From: Paramecium tetraurelia
Lineage: Eukaryota
Length of the DNA stretch: 64,000 nt
Direction of reading: 5' to 3'
Assembly (NCBI GenBank): GCA_000165425.1
Contig: CT867985.1
Location: 310,001 to 374,000, forward strand
Both the position numbers and the translations under genes were made by a program. The notes beneath the pieces were generated by a model. That model had not been told where the DNA came from and did no database searches. It saw only the letters and a list, made by a program, of their open reading frames with translations. This document shows positions 24,910 through 39,376 of the stretch, piece by piece. The number at the start of each line of letters is the position of its first letter. Within the stretch, counting starts at the first letter, position 1.

Positions 24910-26575
24910 TCAATAGAATCCTGTGCTGGTAGTAGATCTATTAAAGATTTTGATTTTTGGTTAAAATGTACATTGCTTAGCTTCTTTTTATTCTTGCTAT
25001 TCTTTGATCTACTTGATTTTTTATTCTTTAACTATGTTTTCCTTCATTGCCTTTTGATATAAGGCAGCAGGTCCTTTGAACGTTTATCTTTACTTTGCAA
25101 TAATCTCTGATTTTTAATTTAACTAGGGTCTAAAGGTACTAGAAGAATCGGGTTAGGTCTTTTGCTATTTAGGTTATTTTTAAAAAAGACGATTTTTATC
25201 AAAAACACTCATTTTTTCGATAATATCCAAACATTTTGCAGTCCATGTTTCAATATTCAAATATATATCCAACTTTTCCAATTGTAAAATAACTGGTTGT
25301 AATAATTCTAAGGCTTCTGTTGGCAATTCTTCGAGATAAATATTTTGAGCACTGATCAATCCATCATTATCGGAATCCATTAATTTAAAATATTCTTCAA
25401 GTTTCTTTCTTCTCATTTATAGCACTATTTGATTAGATCTATCTGTTTAGACTGATTTACTTAAATCATCACATTCAAATTATATTATTGATTCTTCATT
25501 TACAGATTTTTATTATTAATAAAGGTACTCTCCAATGCTTAGTCCCCCTCTGGATCTATTTGCACTATGCACTTATGGTTGAAATAGTTTTTATCCACTT
25601 TTCTCATCATACATTAAAGATTCTTCAACTTCTTACTTCAATTTTTCTTCTTTTATCTTTTTTTACATTTCCATTCTTTCTAGAAATGGTAAGTATTGTT
25701 TATTTTATGATTTGTTTGGTGTAATACTTCTTCTGGTCTATTGGGTTTAGGATTCCTATATAATGGATGTCTAAGATTTATCATTAGCCCTTCTTTTCTT
25801 AGCTTAATTGTAGAGTTGATCAAATTTAGTCATACTCACATCAGTTTTGATAATTTCGTCGCATATTCTCTGGGAGCTATATAAAGAACCAAAATTACAT
25901 TTTGTTAATCTCAGGTCTGAAGGAGCATTCTCTTGAAGTTTCATTCAAAAATTGTTATTCTGCCTTTCTTTTTTATTCTTGCAATTGTTATCCATATTTC
26001 AACAAATAATATTCTGGAGTTTTATTTCTGTTTTATCTTGTAGTACTGACTATTTTTAAGGTATTTTAATTGAGTCTTGGTTTGAAGGTGGCTTCTTTAA
26101 CTTATTCTTCTTCTTTGAGTAGTCTTTGCTTTTGGAGTACATTATTTTTGTAATTCATCTACTTGACTTGTTTTTCATAAATATCAGTTTTTTTGATGGC
26201 AGCCTGTGATTTGTTTAAGATGTCATTCTTGTTTTCTTTCTTCTCTTAATTAACTTCTCTTATCTAATTATGAGTTTAATCTTATGTAGGTTTATTGGTA
26301 TTGGTGTTGCTTATCTAATTGGATTAATTTACGAAGCTAAAATAATTTTCTTTCTCGTTCAGATGTAGTTTAATATTTTGAGCAATAATCTCTTTAATTT
26401 CATCCTTTAGATGATGTTTTTCACAAAATTGACTAGCCTTGAGTTCAATATCATCTCCCTCGTATAGATATATGAGATCATGTTCATTCTATCCAAGTTA
26501 AATGGTTAACTCTAGCAATAATTTTCTCTCATCCAACAATCCTAATTCGGCTAGCAAACTTTCTTAATCGATCAT
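24910..26575 (-). CDS. EF-hand protein with coiled-coil and CxFxP repeats
   Basis: FKLMDSDNDGLIS EF-hand; ECSFRPEIN and QCTFQPKI repeats; N-terminal IYLYEGDDIELKASQFCEKH module. Confidence 0.75.
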
Positions 26576-26845
26576 ACAAGAATTCGTTAAAAATAATTAA
26601 AATTTTATTATAAGCACATTGAAATTAATTGTCATTTTGTTTTTCTCATTGAAAACAGGGGTGATTGCCAATTGATTGCTGACTGTCTCCACGATATCAG
26701 AACTCTCAATTCTTCAGAATTCCTAAACAATTTTAAAATTATTATTACATATTAAATATACTTCATATTAGTTAAATAGGAGAATGGGGAATTCTTAATA
26801 AAATAGTAATTAACAATAATTATATATATATTTTATAATATTAAA

Positions 26846-27537
26846 ATGACAAAAGTCTTTGTTCTTCTATCACTAATTTTGGGGGTTTGTGTGGGCAGCC
26901 AATACACTCCAATTCCTAACATCCCCGATGGTTTAATTATTGGTGACAATCCAAATTTAGTAATTGAAGCCTATTATGACATCTTTTGTCCAGGATCTAG
27001 AGAATCCTACAACATATTCAAAACTGTAATCGATTCTTTGGAGAAGGACTCTTTCACTGTAAGAGTTTGATTTAGATTTTAGTTCATCATTCATCAATTC
27101 CCCCTTCCTTATCATAAGAATGCCTTTGCAGCATCAGCTGGTTTCAAATACATTTGGAAGACCGTGTCCCAAGAAGCAGCCTACAAGTTTGAAGGGTTGT
27201 TGTTGAATAACTTAGAGTAATTCACAGGTATAACGATTGTTTTATTATAGATTTGGCAACTCTGAATCTGAAATAAACTGAAGTCAATTAGAAGATTGCC
27301 GATTTGGTGAAGACACAATTAGCTTAATATCAAATTAACTATGATGAATTGTTGAATTCTATGAAACCTGGCACTCCAGAGAACATTGAGACAAGATATA
27401 GTTGGAAATATGGAACTAGCAGAAGTGTGAGTGGAACTCCTACCATTTTTGTTAACGGTGTTCTATTTGATAAGGGAGAAGAATTGTCAGCTCAATAGTG
27501 GATTCAATACATCCAGAATCGTAAATAATAAAATTGA
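26846..27537 (+). CDS. Secreted DsbA-like thioredoxin-fold protein (CxxS), paralog 1
   Basis: Signal peptide; EAYYDIFCPGS; FPLPYHKNAF; SVSGTPTIFVNG. Confidence 0.88.
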
Positions 27538-27588
27538 ATTAATTCTACATTATGTATGTGATGATGAAATCAATTATTAAATTAATTA

Positions 27589-28261
27589 ATGAACAGAGTT
27601 TTCCTATTACTTGGAATTGCAACTCTAGTCTTATCAAATTAGTATGTCCCGATTCCAAATAAACCATTGGGAGTCAGTAAAGGAGATTCAAAAAAACTCA
27701 TAATTGAAGCATTCTTTGATTTATAATGTCCAGATAGCAGGAATTCATTTAGGATCCTAGAACAGGTCTTGGCCCAAGGTTATGGAACACAGTATAATAT
27801 TCCTATATTTTAGATTCAAATACACAATTCATATGTTCCCTCTTCCTTATCATAGAGCAGCATTCCCTGAAGCTTAGGCATTTGCCTTTTTATCCGAAAT
27901 CGATGCAGAAGCAGCCTACTTATTCGCTAAAATCATATTTGACAATTAAGAAACCCTTGCAGAATCAGCCACGTTGGAATGGACTTGGTAATAAATACTA
28001 AACAAGGTGGCTGATCTGGCCAAAGAGCATGTGTATCCAAAATATTAGTATGATGAAGTCAAATTCGCCAAATCACTCCTACCAGGCACTGATTGGAATT
28101 TGAAGGCAAGATATTGGTGGAAATATGGTACTTATAGAACAGTTTCTGGAGCTCCCATTTTCATAGCTAATGGAGTTATATTGAATGGAGCAGAGAACTA
28201 TGAAGCTGAAGAATGGATCGATTTTATTAATCGTAAGAATCCTAAAACTTAGGAATTATGA
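27589..28261 (+). CDS. Secreted DsbA-like thioredoxin-fold protein (CxxS), paralog 2
   Basis: Signal peptide; EAFFDLQCPDS; FPLPYHRAAF; TVSGAPIFIANG. Confidence 0.88.
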
Positions 28262-28370
28262 TAAAATATATATTAACAAATTTAAATTCTACACAGACAT
28301 ATTAATTCTGTTTGCAAATATGTTAATAAATATTGTTTAATATGTATACTGTTATATATAATTAAAAGAA

Positions 28371-29378
28371 ATGAAATAAAAACAAGGTTTCGGATCAACT
28401 TTCATGAATATGATGTAAGCTTTGTTTAAATTAGGACTAATACAGCCTTTAAATTAGATAATCTACTAAGTGAAGATATTAAGCAGAATGAACTCATGTA
28501 TATTTTTGGTTAGGAAATACAGAATGTCGATTCCTTCCTTCAGTTAAAAGAGACTTTCATTTGGTTTAGTTACAGAGCCAACATTCAGTATGAAGGAAGG
28601 GCCATATCTGATCAAGGGTGGGGGTGTTTAATAAGAGTTGGTTAAATGATAGTGGCTGTATTAATCTATTATAAACCTAGAATTCATTGATTAGAGAAAG
28701 CACTAATTCAAAACCTAATGATCTCAAAACTAAAATAATCTGCTTGTTTGATGATAATCAATGTTTTTCCACTCTAGCTCCCTTTTCCATCCAATAAATA
28801 ATCAAAAGGGCTGATCTAGTCTATAATATAAAAATTGGAGATTGGTATACTGGTCCCAAGATCATGTGTTTATTGGAAGATCTCCTTCAAAGTGCTAAGA
28901 CCATTAAACAATTAAAGATCATCAACTTTTTGGAACAGTGTGTAATCGAAAAGCAAATAGATTTATAATTTAAACAACCTCAACTATTAATCATCCATGC
29001 TATAATAGGAAATAAGGAATTAGATCAGTACTTTGTCGCTGAACTTTAAAAGCATATGCAGATTCCTTAATTTGCAGGGGCAATAGTTGGCAAAAGCAAA
29101 AAAGCCTATTTCCTCATAGGATACTAGAATAATTAAGGAATCGTCATGGATCCCCATTATGTCTAAGTAAACAGTCTATTAATAATATTTAGGAAAGCAA
29201 CTTATTATAATTAAATTCTTAATTGAAATGTATTCCATTAAAGGAATTTTCGGGTACAATTGCACTATGCTACTATATTTCAAATAGTTATGATTATCAA
29301 TAATTAAAGACAAACTTGAAAGATCTCAAAGGGTCTATCTTCAGTATAATAGATGAAACTTGCACATGTTTTTTTTGA
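28371..29378 (+). CDS. ATG4: Autophagy cysteine protease Atg4 (peptidase C54)
   Basis: FIWFSYR, SDQGWGCLIRVGQM (catalytic Cys), APFSIQQI, IGDWYTGP, MDPHY (Asp/His). Confidence 0.92.
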
Positions 29379-29409
29379 ATTTAAAAATTATTTTATTTAA
29401 ATATCACAT

Positions 29410-30507
<1,098 letters not shown>

Positions 30508-30568
30508 TTGAAATATATTTAACAATTAATTATTTATATGTTTAAAATCTAGAATCAAATTTATATGC

Positions 30569-31180
30569 TCAGAGATCTTTAATAAAATTATATATCTGAT
30601 TGCATCCACTGATACATCCAGAGATCAACAACCCCAAATCATCATTATTAAATTGTCCCATCACATCCGAACACAATATTTGTTATAAATTAATTGAGTA
30701 AACCAAATTCAACTTTGCACTCCATTGTTTCTCCCTTCTATCCACAACAAGTCGTCTGTTTTCGTCTAAAAACTTTAAATTACATGATTATAGAGTACAG
30801 CTGAACACGATGCAAATGAATCCTTCATTCTCACTCCATGCAATAACACTGCATAATACAAGGCATTGAATGCTTTTGAATAAGGAGGACATGTATCGAA
30901 AATCACAGTGAAGGATTGCTTCTAATATGTCTCAGTAAATATCAAATGCTTCAACAAATTATAAATGTCTCTCTTGAGTATCTCATTACCATCTAATTTG
31001 ATATTTAATTGACATTCTGGCGATTATTGAAAACTCGGCCCAATGCTTATCAATTAACCAAGAGACTTACATCTCGCAAATGAAGGTATCTTGTTCAGAT
31101 TCAAAGAGCACTCTGGTTGTGTGTCCATTATTTACCAATTTCTTAATATTGAAAGGAGTCAATTCGTGGTCAATCTCCAT
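30569..31180 (-). CDS. Exosome RNase-PH-like subunit (Rrp46/Rrp41-like, divergent)
   Basis: ICEIIGP...ETYQKQSFTV...AFNALYYAVLLHGVRMKDSFASCS resembles the RNase PH NA...GxxM motif. Confidence 0.6.
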
Positions 31181-31201
31181 TGATATAAATAATATTAATT
31201 T

Positions 31202-32406
31202 TCATTTTAATTATTTCTTAATCAATTTGTTATACAAAATCAGAATAGGAACAAATGGGTATTGCACTCTCTTAAACTTCCCTTTCTTAATCAACACAGT
31301 CAAAAAATAGGCAAGCAACAAGAGCATCAAAAATATTATCAACTTTCTTCTGTTCTTCTGCACTGGAATCCCAATCAATAATCTTGGCTATGACAATATT
31401 CCTTTCATTAAAATAATACTTACCAAATGGCATACTACTCTCCAGTCTTATCTTGATCCACTCACTCAACTACTACTTTATACTCTAGAACTCCTCGTCA
31501 TGCTATAATTCATGATATCCTTCATCAAACAATTTTATGTGCTTATCCTTGCTTCCTACTTAATTGATGAATTGAACACTGTTTTCATAACTACTCTGTG
31601 TATCCTATTTGCCATGAAATATCATTATTGGGTATTAAAATTAATGAGAATTTTTAAAGATAAAAGGCAATGTTTTATAAATGCTTCTTGCCATTCCCAC
31701 TCCCAGAAATGGCATTACCAATCTATCCTCAAAAATTCTTTAAATATGTTAATTATTCTTACTCAAACTAGTTGGATTAACATTTGTATTAATAACTAAG
31801 TCCTACAGAGGGTTTAAGAATAAAAATACTTCTAAATAATGTCCAAAGTTCTTTATCACAAATTACTTCAATGGGCCAATGTTTCTGTTCAATGGAAATC
31901 CTAGAGTGGGAGCAGTACATATTACCCCTGATATCTTCAATTTGGGGTTCCGAATCAATAAACTTATAATAACAAGTGCTCCCATTGCATGTCCATATAA
32001 AAATAGGGGCAGATCCTTCGATGCCTATCTAATCAGAACCTCAACATCTAATTGGAGATCTGCTATTGATTGCGATCCTCTTGGTCCTCCTGAAAATCCA
32101 AAACCCCTCAAATCAATCAAGTGCACAACAAAATTCATTTTAGCGAAAAAGTCAGCCACCTATTCAAATCTCTTTTTATTGTGTTACATGTAGAAATCTC
32201 CCTTAATGCTCCCCAAATCCATGGATAATGCAGATGGATGCTTTCTTATTAGGAGGATCCAATTTGGTATAATAAAGTCTAAGATCTTGTCCAAAGCCTG
32301 GTATATATCCTCTGAGTACTTTGTAATCCTGCATTGAATATTCTCCAATGAATTTAGTGTCATCTTTAAAAAAATCATTTATAGATTCTGATTCTTTTAA
32401 GTTCAT
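31202..32406 (-). CDS. Monoglyceride-lipase/S33-like alpha/beta hydrolase with C-terminal TM; nucleophile elbow GHAMG
   Basis: IIHGFGEHQGRF, DLRGFGFSGGPRG, PLFLYGHAMGAL, EGYHELQHD; hydrophobic tail LIIFLMLLLLAYFL. Confidence 0.88.
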
Positions 32407-32439
32407 TAAAAATTTAACAGAATAATAGATCAATATTAG

Positions 32440-34209
32440 ATGAAGTTTGAACATAAGAAGAAATTCTCTGTGCATTTAGATATTTCATAACTCACATCTA
32501 ATTCTTATTTAAACTACCCGCTTTCCACTAGGAGAAAGTTTGATAATCAATAATCAACCAAAAAATTGGACACATCACCGAAGAGTGTAAGTCCAAATAC
32601 TTCATTTCTGTCTTCTGACCGTAAATTGCAACAAAAATACCCAATAAATAATAGCAAGACCAATTCACTCAAAAGCATGCTCTAACCCTATAAAATTAGG
32701 TCGCCATCAGAAAAAGAAAATCAACACAGTTTTTTAAGCAACAGAAGTCAATTACACAAGCTTCCTCTCACAACTGAATAATTTCTTAAGTTATATAATG
32801 TGACAAGAAATGAACAAAGAGAATTGAATGGTATAAAATAAGTATAAATTTTATCATTATTCTCAAGGTTTTTTATTATAAATAACCCAAATGTCTAGTC
32901 GATCAACCAAATGGAGATTACTCCTATAATATCAAGGATCACATCAGATATCAATATGAAATTCTCAGTTTGTTGGGCCAAGGCAGTTTTGGTTAAGTAT
33001 TCTAAGTCTTGGACCATAAAACTCAGTAGTTATATGCTTTGAAAGTAATCAAGTGTCAAGACAAACTAAAGAAACAAGCTGTTATTGAAGCCAACATCCT
33101 GTAATATATCAAAGATCATGATACAGATTAGCTTTCGAATATAGTTAGAAATATCGAATAGTTTACATTTCGAGGACATCAATGCATAGTGTTTGAAAAA
33201 TTAGAGTAAAATCTATTTGAGTTAATTTAAAAACAAAGGTTCAAGGGGATTGATCATGAATTAGCAAGGAAAATTGGCATTCAACTTTTGAACTCTCTTA
33301 ATTTCTTAAATAAACATAAGATCATACATTGCGATATCAAGCCTGAGAATGTGATGTTGTTAGATAATTCTAAAAGCGGAATTAGACTTGTTGATTTTGG
33401 ATCAGGTTGCTTTGTTGGCCAATAGATCTATACTTATATATAGAGCAGATACTATAGAGCCCCTGAAGTAATTTTTGGATTGAAGTATGGCATTGAAATT
33501 GATATGTGGAGTCTTGCTTGTTTGATATCAGAATTGTATATTGGTACTCCGATATTTCCAGGAGAAGATGAAATCGAATAAATTAACTTGATTATCGAAG
33601 TTATTGGAGCTCCTTCAGTAGACTTTGCATTGAAATGTCCAAGAAGGAAGTATTTCTTTGACGAGGATGGACATCCAAAGAAAAACATCAAATCTTACAG
33701 AAAACCTAGTTCAGTTAGTCTCTATGACAAATTAAGAACTGAGGATTCAGACTTGGTTGATTTTCTATTGAGATGCTTTGCTTGGGAACCGTAAAATCGG
33801 TTGCAACCCTTGGATGCACTTAAACATCCATGGATAATTGCTGGTCTTCCTAAGGAAATACAAAAACAACATAAAAAGTATATAGAACTTGAAAAACTGC
33901 TTCAAACATAGAAGGCTCCATTAGTTTCGTAATTATGTTTTTAAGGATCCAATAATTCTAAGGATCATTTTTAAGAGGATTCTCATTTCAAAACCAAGAA
34001 GTAAATAAAATCTATCTTGAATATCAATACCAATCTGAGCAACACTTCATCAGATCCCAAAGCTAGTATTAATCAATTTTAATATAGTATTGAGTTGTCG
34101 TTATCATGACAAGCCATTGTAATCTGAAAGGTAAAGAAAGAATATAGCTTCTTCTATTTATAAATTACTATCTGATAAGCAAAAGAACAGGAAGCCGTCG
34201 TGCAATTGA
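32440..34209 (+). CDS. DYRK family kinase (DYRK2/4-like)
   Basis: [46 protein letters not shown]. Confidence 0.92.
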
Positions 34210-34369
34210 AACTGCTTAAAGCAAATTACTTTATTTATTTGATATTTTTAACATATTTAATTAAGAGGGATTTGACTATTTTTTGGAATATTCAATATTC
34301 TGTTCTTATTTTGATTGTGTATTTAATTAGGAATCAAATTATTAATATTTATATTTATTTCTATTTATA

Positions 34370-34806
34370 ATGAATAATAAAAGAAAGCATAAGATTAAAC
34401 AATTTGAAGAAATTGAAATTAATGAAACGTATAAGGATACTCCGACATCGAAGCATGAGGATAGCTAGAGTAATGACATGGATCAAACCAGTAATTCCAT
34501 CCAACAGTAAGAACCAGAGTAAAAATACGATTTTAATATCATACCCCTCAAAGTAAAAGTATAAATATGCCTTAGGTGGTGGCATTAACTGTATTTCTAT
34601 TTTTATTAGGTATTATTTTCGTTATTTTTGGACTTGTATTTTTAATGAGAAATCCAAATAAATATCAGCAATACATTTCCCTTTTGATAGTTGGAGGCTT
34701 AATGATAATTCCAGGGGTGTATTATAGTTGCTTATTAATTAAATTCATTAAAGCAGACTCTAGATCTACTTAATAGAAGATATTAAATGAACTTCCAATA
34801 GATTGA
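34370..34806 (+). CDS. TMEM230/TMEM134-like two-TM protein
   Basis: Two TM helices with IVGGLMIIPGVYY and terminal ELPID. Confidence 0.7.
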
Positions 34807-35193
34807 ATTATAAAATTGTTTTATTTAGGATAATACAATATTCTAAAATAAGAAAAATGTTATCATTTCATATATAAAATCAAATATACTTCATCTATAG
34901 AATTAGTTGGAATTCATATTGTAAATCAACAGTTAAATCTCTGAATTTTGTGTGATTTGAACTAGTCTGATTGAAATTATTTAATGAGAGTTGTCTTTGA
35001 CTACAAAACTATAAAATCGGAGTCTTAAAGAATTATATTTTAAGTGTCACAATCCAATGAGGTTTAAGTGAGAACTTGGACTATTCATAAATAGGAGTGA
35101 TATTTGGTTAAACCTTGATGAATATTTTAGATAAAATAAAAAGTTAGATAGTGTATAAATTCAATTTTATAATTAATACGTTTTTATTGATAA

Positions 35194-38100
35194 ATGCACT
35201 ACGTTCCAATTTCATAAACAGAGAGGCGTATTTCAAAGTTAAAACACAAAAATAAACAGAAGACTATGTTTATAATAGTGGGAGCATTACTAGTTTGTTT
35301 AATAGCGATGTTGGTGCTGATTGTATTAGATGTTAATAGTATTGTTTTATTATATGAGATTATGTTAAGATTAACAGTATATTTTAAATATGGTAACCAC
35401 AAAACACAGTTGCGATGGTTTAGACTCAAAGAGATTTGATATCATCGAAACATAAGCAGATCGACGAAGAATTAATTCATCTAAAATCAATATTTTAAGA
35501 GAAAGCTTATAAGGAAGCCACCAACTTGAAGTTGCCTATCATAGATAAGAATGAGTACTAGTATTTCACGTTGTCGAATGGGTTGAAAGTATTGGTGATA
35601 CAAGATCCAGAAGCGAAAATAGCATAGGCAGCATTGTGTGTGAATGTGGGTTCATGGACAGAACCAGATGAGTACCCAGGATTGGCTCATTTCTTAGAGC
35701 ATATGTTATTTCAAGGATCTAAGAGTTATCCTTAAGAGGGTTATTTCTAAAAATTAGTCGCAGAGGGAGGTGGATCTACAAATGCTTATACAAGAGGAGA
35801 AGAAACTAATTACTATATGAAAATAAACAATGAGAGAGTAGTGGAAGCTCTGTAAGTATTTGCTCATTTCTTCATTGATCCTTTACTGGATTCAAGTATG
35901 GTGGAGAGAGAAGTCAATGCAGTAAATAGTGAATATGAGATTGCAGTTTCAGGTGATTTATGGAAGATCTCTCATCTATTCTAGATTTTATCAAATAAAC
36001 CAATAGGTAGATTCACAATAGGTTCATTGAAGACTTTGAAAGACCCAATGAAAGAATTAGTAAAATTTCATTCACAATTCTATAGTGCAAATATAATGAG
36101 TTTAGTGGTCAAATCAAATTATCCTGATATGGCCAAATGGATTAGAGAATAGAGTGATTTTTCATAAATACCAAATTTGAATTTGAAAAAAAGATCAAAG
36201 CTACATTTACCCTTAAAGAAAACTGGTCTCATGGTCAAGTATAAGACAAATGGAGACAAGAACTAATTGATCTTAGCTTATCAATTAGACTCTCCTAGAA
36301 CTGCTAAGAAAAGCAAGACTTTACCAATGATAGCATCATTAATTAAATCAAAACATAAGGAAGGATTACTTGATTATTTAGTGAGACAAAAGATGGCTTT
36401 AAATGTTGATGCAGGTACATTTCTAGAAGGAAATGGGGATTTCACTTTCTTTCTTATTGAAATTGAATTGATTGAAGGAGTAGATGAACTCAAAGTAGCT
36501 GAGACTGTGACTGGATACTTTAACAATATGTTAGACTAGTTCTTTTAAGAAGTGGATAAGAATGAAATCAATTACACACCATACTTAGAAGAAATCTGGT
36601 AACAATACAAACAATTGCAATTATCACAATACAACTATCTAGATAACAATCATTATCCAACTGTATAACAGATAGCCCATAATTTAAATTACTTTGATTA
36701 TACTGATGCAATGAGCATTGAATTTTTGTATGAGGAATTCTAACCTGAGAGTATCTATAACTATTTGACAGAAATGCTCAACCCATCAAACATTGTGATC
36801 TTCCATGGTTCACCCAAATTCACGAATCTTAAATAATCATCAGAACTATACAGATTAGAATACGAAATCATGACACTCTCTAGAGAACAAATCAAAAAAT
36901 TGTCTAGTGCTGTTACCACTAAAGTAGTACTCTTTGATTGGGTCAAAAGCAAATAATTGCCATTGTTATTACCCAAGATTAACACCTTCATTCCTAAAGA
37001 TTTTAGTATCAAATCTCTTTGCAGAGAATAAACCTCATTTATACAAGCCCCATTAGTATTTAAAAGCAAAGAAGACTGTATTTAACATGAAAAGGAGTAT
37101 GAGGCCATTAATCATTACCCACTTATGATCAAAAGAACTGTTGAAACTAAGGCTTGGTGGAAATTACAAAGGTAATTCTAAGTTCCACAAATATTTACTG
37201 GAGTCATGTTCAATACTCCTAAATCCATCAATTCATTAAAGGATAAACTCTTGATTCAAGTTTTTAATACTCTTGTCACTGACAATTTGAATCAAGAAAT
37301 CCAAGAAGCCATCGATGCTGGATATCAATTCCAATTTACTCCAAGTATCAAAGGAGTTTCCCTTGAATTGTATGGATGGTCTGATAATTACCAATCATTT
37401 TTTGAGAAAGTTCTGTAATCTATCAATAATCTAAAATATGATTCATTCTATTAAGTGAAGTAGAAATTGATGATCTATTACAACAATATTTATTAAGACA
37501 AACTATTCAGAGTTGCTATGTCAGAATATTTGAATTAAGTTGTTTAAGCCTAATATTATACTTCTCAATTGTTTTAAGATGAATTGGCTACTCTAGATTT
37601 GGAAAGCCTACAAGAATTCCATTCTAACTATTTTTCTAACTTTAGAGTATCATCCTTTGTAAGTGGTAACATTCTTAGATCTGAAGTAGAAGATCTTCTA
37701 CATACAATTAGGAAGGTATTCCATAAATCAAGTAGTCATACTTCAGAAGAACCTCATGTTTTTAACATCAGAGACTTCACTAACAAAAAAGTTGTTGTTC
37801 CCTTAACTCACAAGGGAGGTGATAATAATGATGTAAATGGTGCTACAATCAATTATTATTAAATTGGACACAGAAATAAAAAGAATTTTGCTATTATGAA
37901 TCTTATACAATAATTCTTCCATAACCATGCATTCTAATATCTTAGAACTGAAAGATAATTGGGTTATGTTGCTCTTATGAGATTCATACCTATCGGTTGC
38001 ATTGATGGTGCTGCTATAATCGTTCAAGGCACAGCATAGATGCCTTATGTTGTGAATTAACATATTGAAGACTTTTTGAAATAATTCCATAATGTCTTAT

Positions 38101-38512
38101 TATCATTAGCTGATGATTAATTGGATAACATTAAAAACGGAGCTGTATTTAATTATATTTATTTAGAAATCTGCTCTTTAAGAGAAGGATAAATCATTGT
38201 ATGATGAGAGTGCTTACATTTGGAGTTAGATTCGAGGGAACAATCTCTAATTAGAAGAGAAAGAGATTGCCATTGCTATGATAGATGAAATTATGTAAAA
38301 GGTAACCATCCCTCATTTATCTAAAGGATATCGTAGATTTTTATGAAAAGTACTTCATTAAACAACAAAATAAGTTGAGTTTGTAAATATACGGTAAAGG
38401 ATTAATAGAACAATTTAATTAAGTTAAAGATAATTTATTGGAAAAAGAAGAAATAATAGAACTAAAAACTCTTAATGAATTTAAATGTGCTTATACCCTA
38501 AATAATTTATGA
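35194..38512 (+). CDS. Insulysin-like M16A zinc metallopeptidase with N-terminal membrane anchor
   Basis: [24 protein letters not shown] (HxxEH), [22 protein letters not shown]; hydrophobic [21 protein letters not shown] near the start. Confidence 0.92.
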
Positions 38513-38850
38513 AGAAATAATATTAAATAACATTATTCAAAAAACACATAAGATTTATTTATTAAATCATAATAGTAATAGTCCATATATATGTAAAAGT
38601 ATTTCCATAATCATTTTATAAGTCTAATTAAACTTTTTGATTTATGAACTAAACTTATTTCTTCCTTGTTTAAAGATTTTCCTTTAATCTGTATTCCCAT
38701 ACTTTTAAGTTTTAATTATTACTTTAATAATAATTTTTATAGCTAATAAATAATATACTTGATTTTCAACAAATATTCATAGAGGCCTTCAACAAAACTC
38801 TATGACTACATAAAGAAATGTATTTTGAAAGGATTTATAAATATAAATAT

Positions 38851-39355
38851 TCATTATTTCAAAAACTCAATAATTTCAGAATGGTTGTATAATTTTGCCC
38901 TTTCTAAAGGTGTCATGCCCAACTCGTCCTTTGCATCAAGTTCAGCTCCATATTATTTTAAATCCTATAGCATCTTCAATCTCCCTAGACTTGCTGCCAA
39001 ATGAACTGGCCTCATTCCCTCGTAGGTCTATTAATTTACATTTGCTATGGGATGTACTAATAGCTTTACCTTAATACAATAAACACAATAAGAATATTTC
39101 ATATCTATCTATCACTATGCTTTATGTAAGTAGAGTTTATCCTGATTCTTCAATGATCTCAGAATCAACATTGATGTTCCCACTTTCAAGATCCTCCTTT
39201 ATCTATTTTATTCGATTCTATCTTAAATCACTCCAAGTGGCATTTTCTCTGATTTCTTCTCTCACTATAAATGATTCCTCCTTTCTAATAATTCCAAGTT
39301 CTAAATTAAACAACTGTATACTTATTAGGAATGTATTTATATAAGCTTATAACAT
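38851..39355 (-). CDS. Small ankyrin-repeat protein
   Basis: GMRPVHLAASLGRLKMLQDLKQYGAELDAKDELGMTPLERA; start codon inferred. Confidence 0.8.
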
Positions 39356-39376
39356 TAAATTTAATTTTGTGGTTAT

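Noticed and set aside
26628..26665. Telomerase RNA (UGUCA motif / CACCCC)
   Set aside because: No AACCCC template downstream of UGUCA on the same strand.
26700..26770. Selenoprotein reading MKYIQY|EF-TGA-RIES
   Set aside because: No known selenoprotein context and no SECIS found.
35054..35066. CCAATGAGGTTTA match to the U4 snRNA 5' stem-loop
   Set aside because: Complementary K-turn strand, U6-pairing arms and Sm site are absent; chance match.
38611..38811. 66-codon minus-strand ORF MQSQSFVEGLY...
   Set aside because: No motif or clear intron; ORFs of this length arise by chance when TGA is the only stop. Cannot be excluded.
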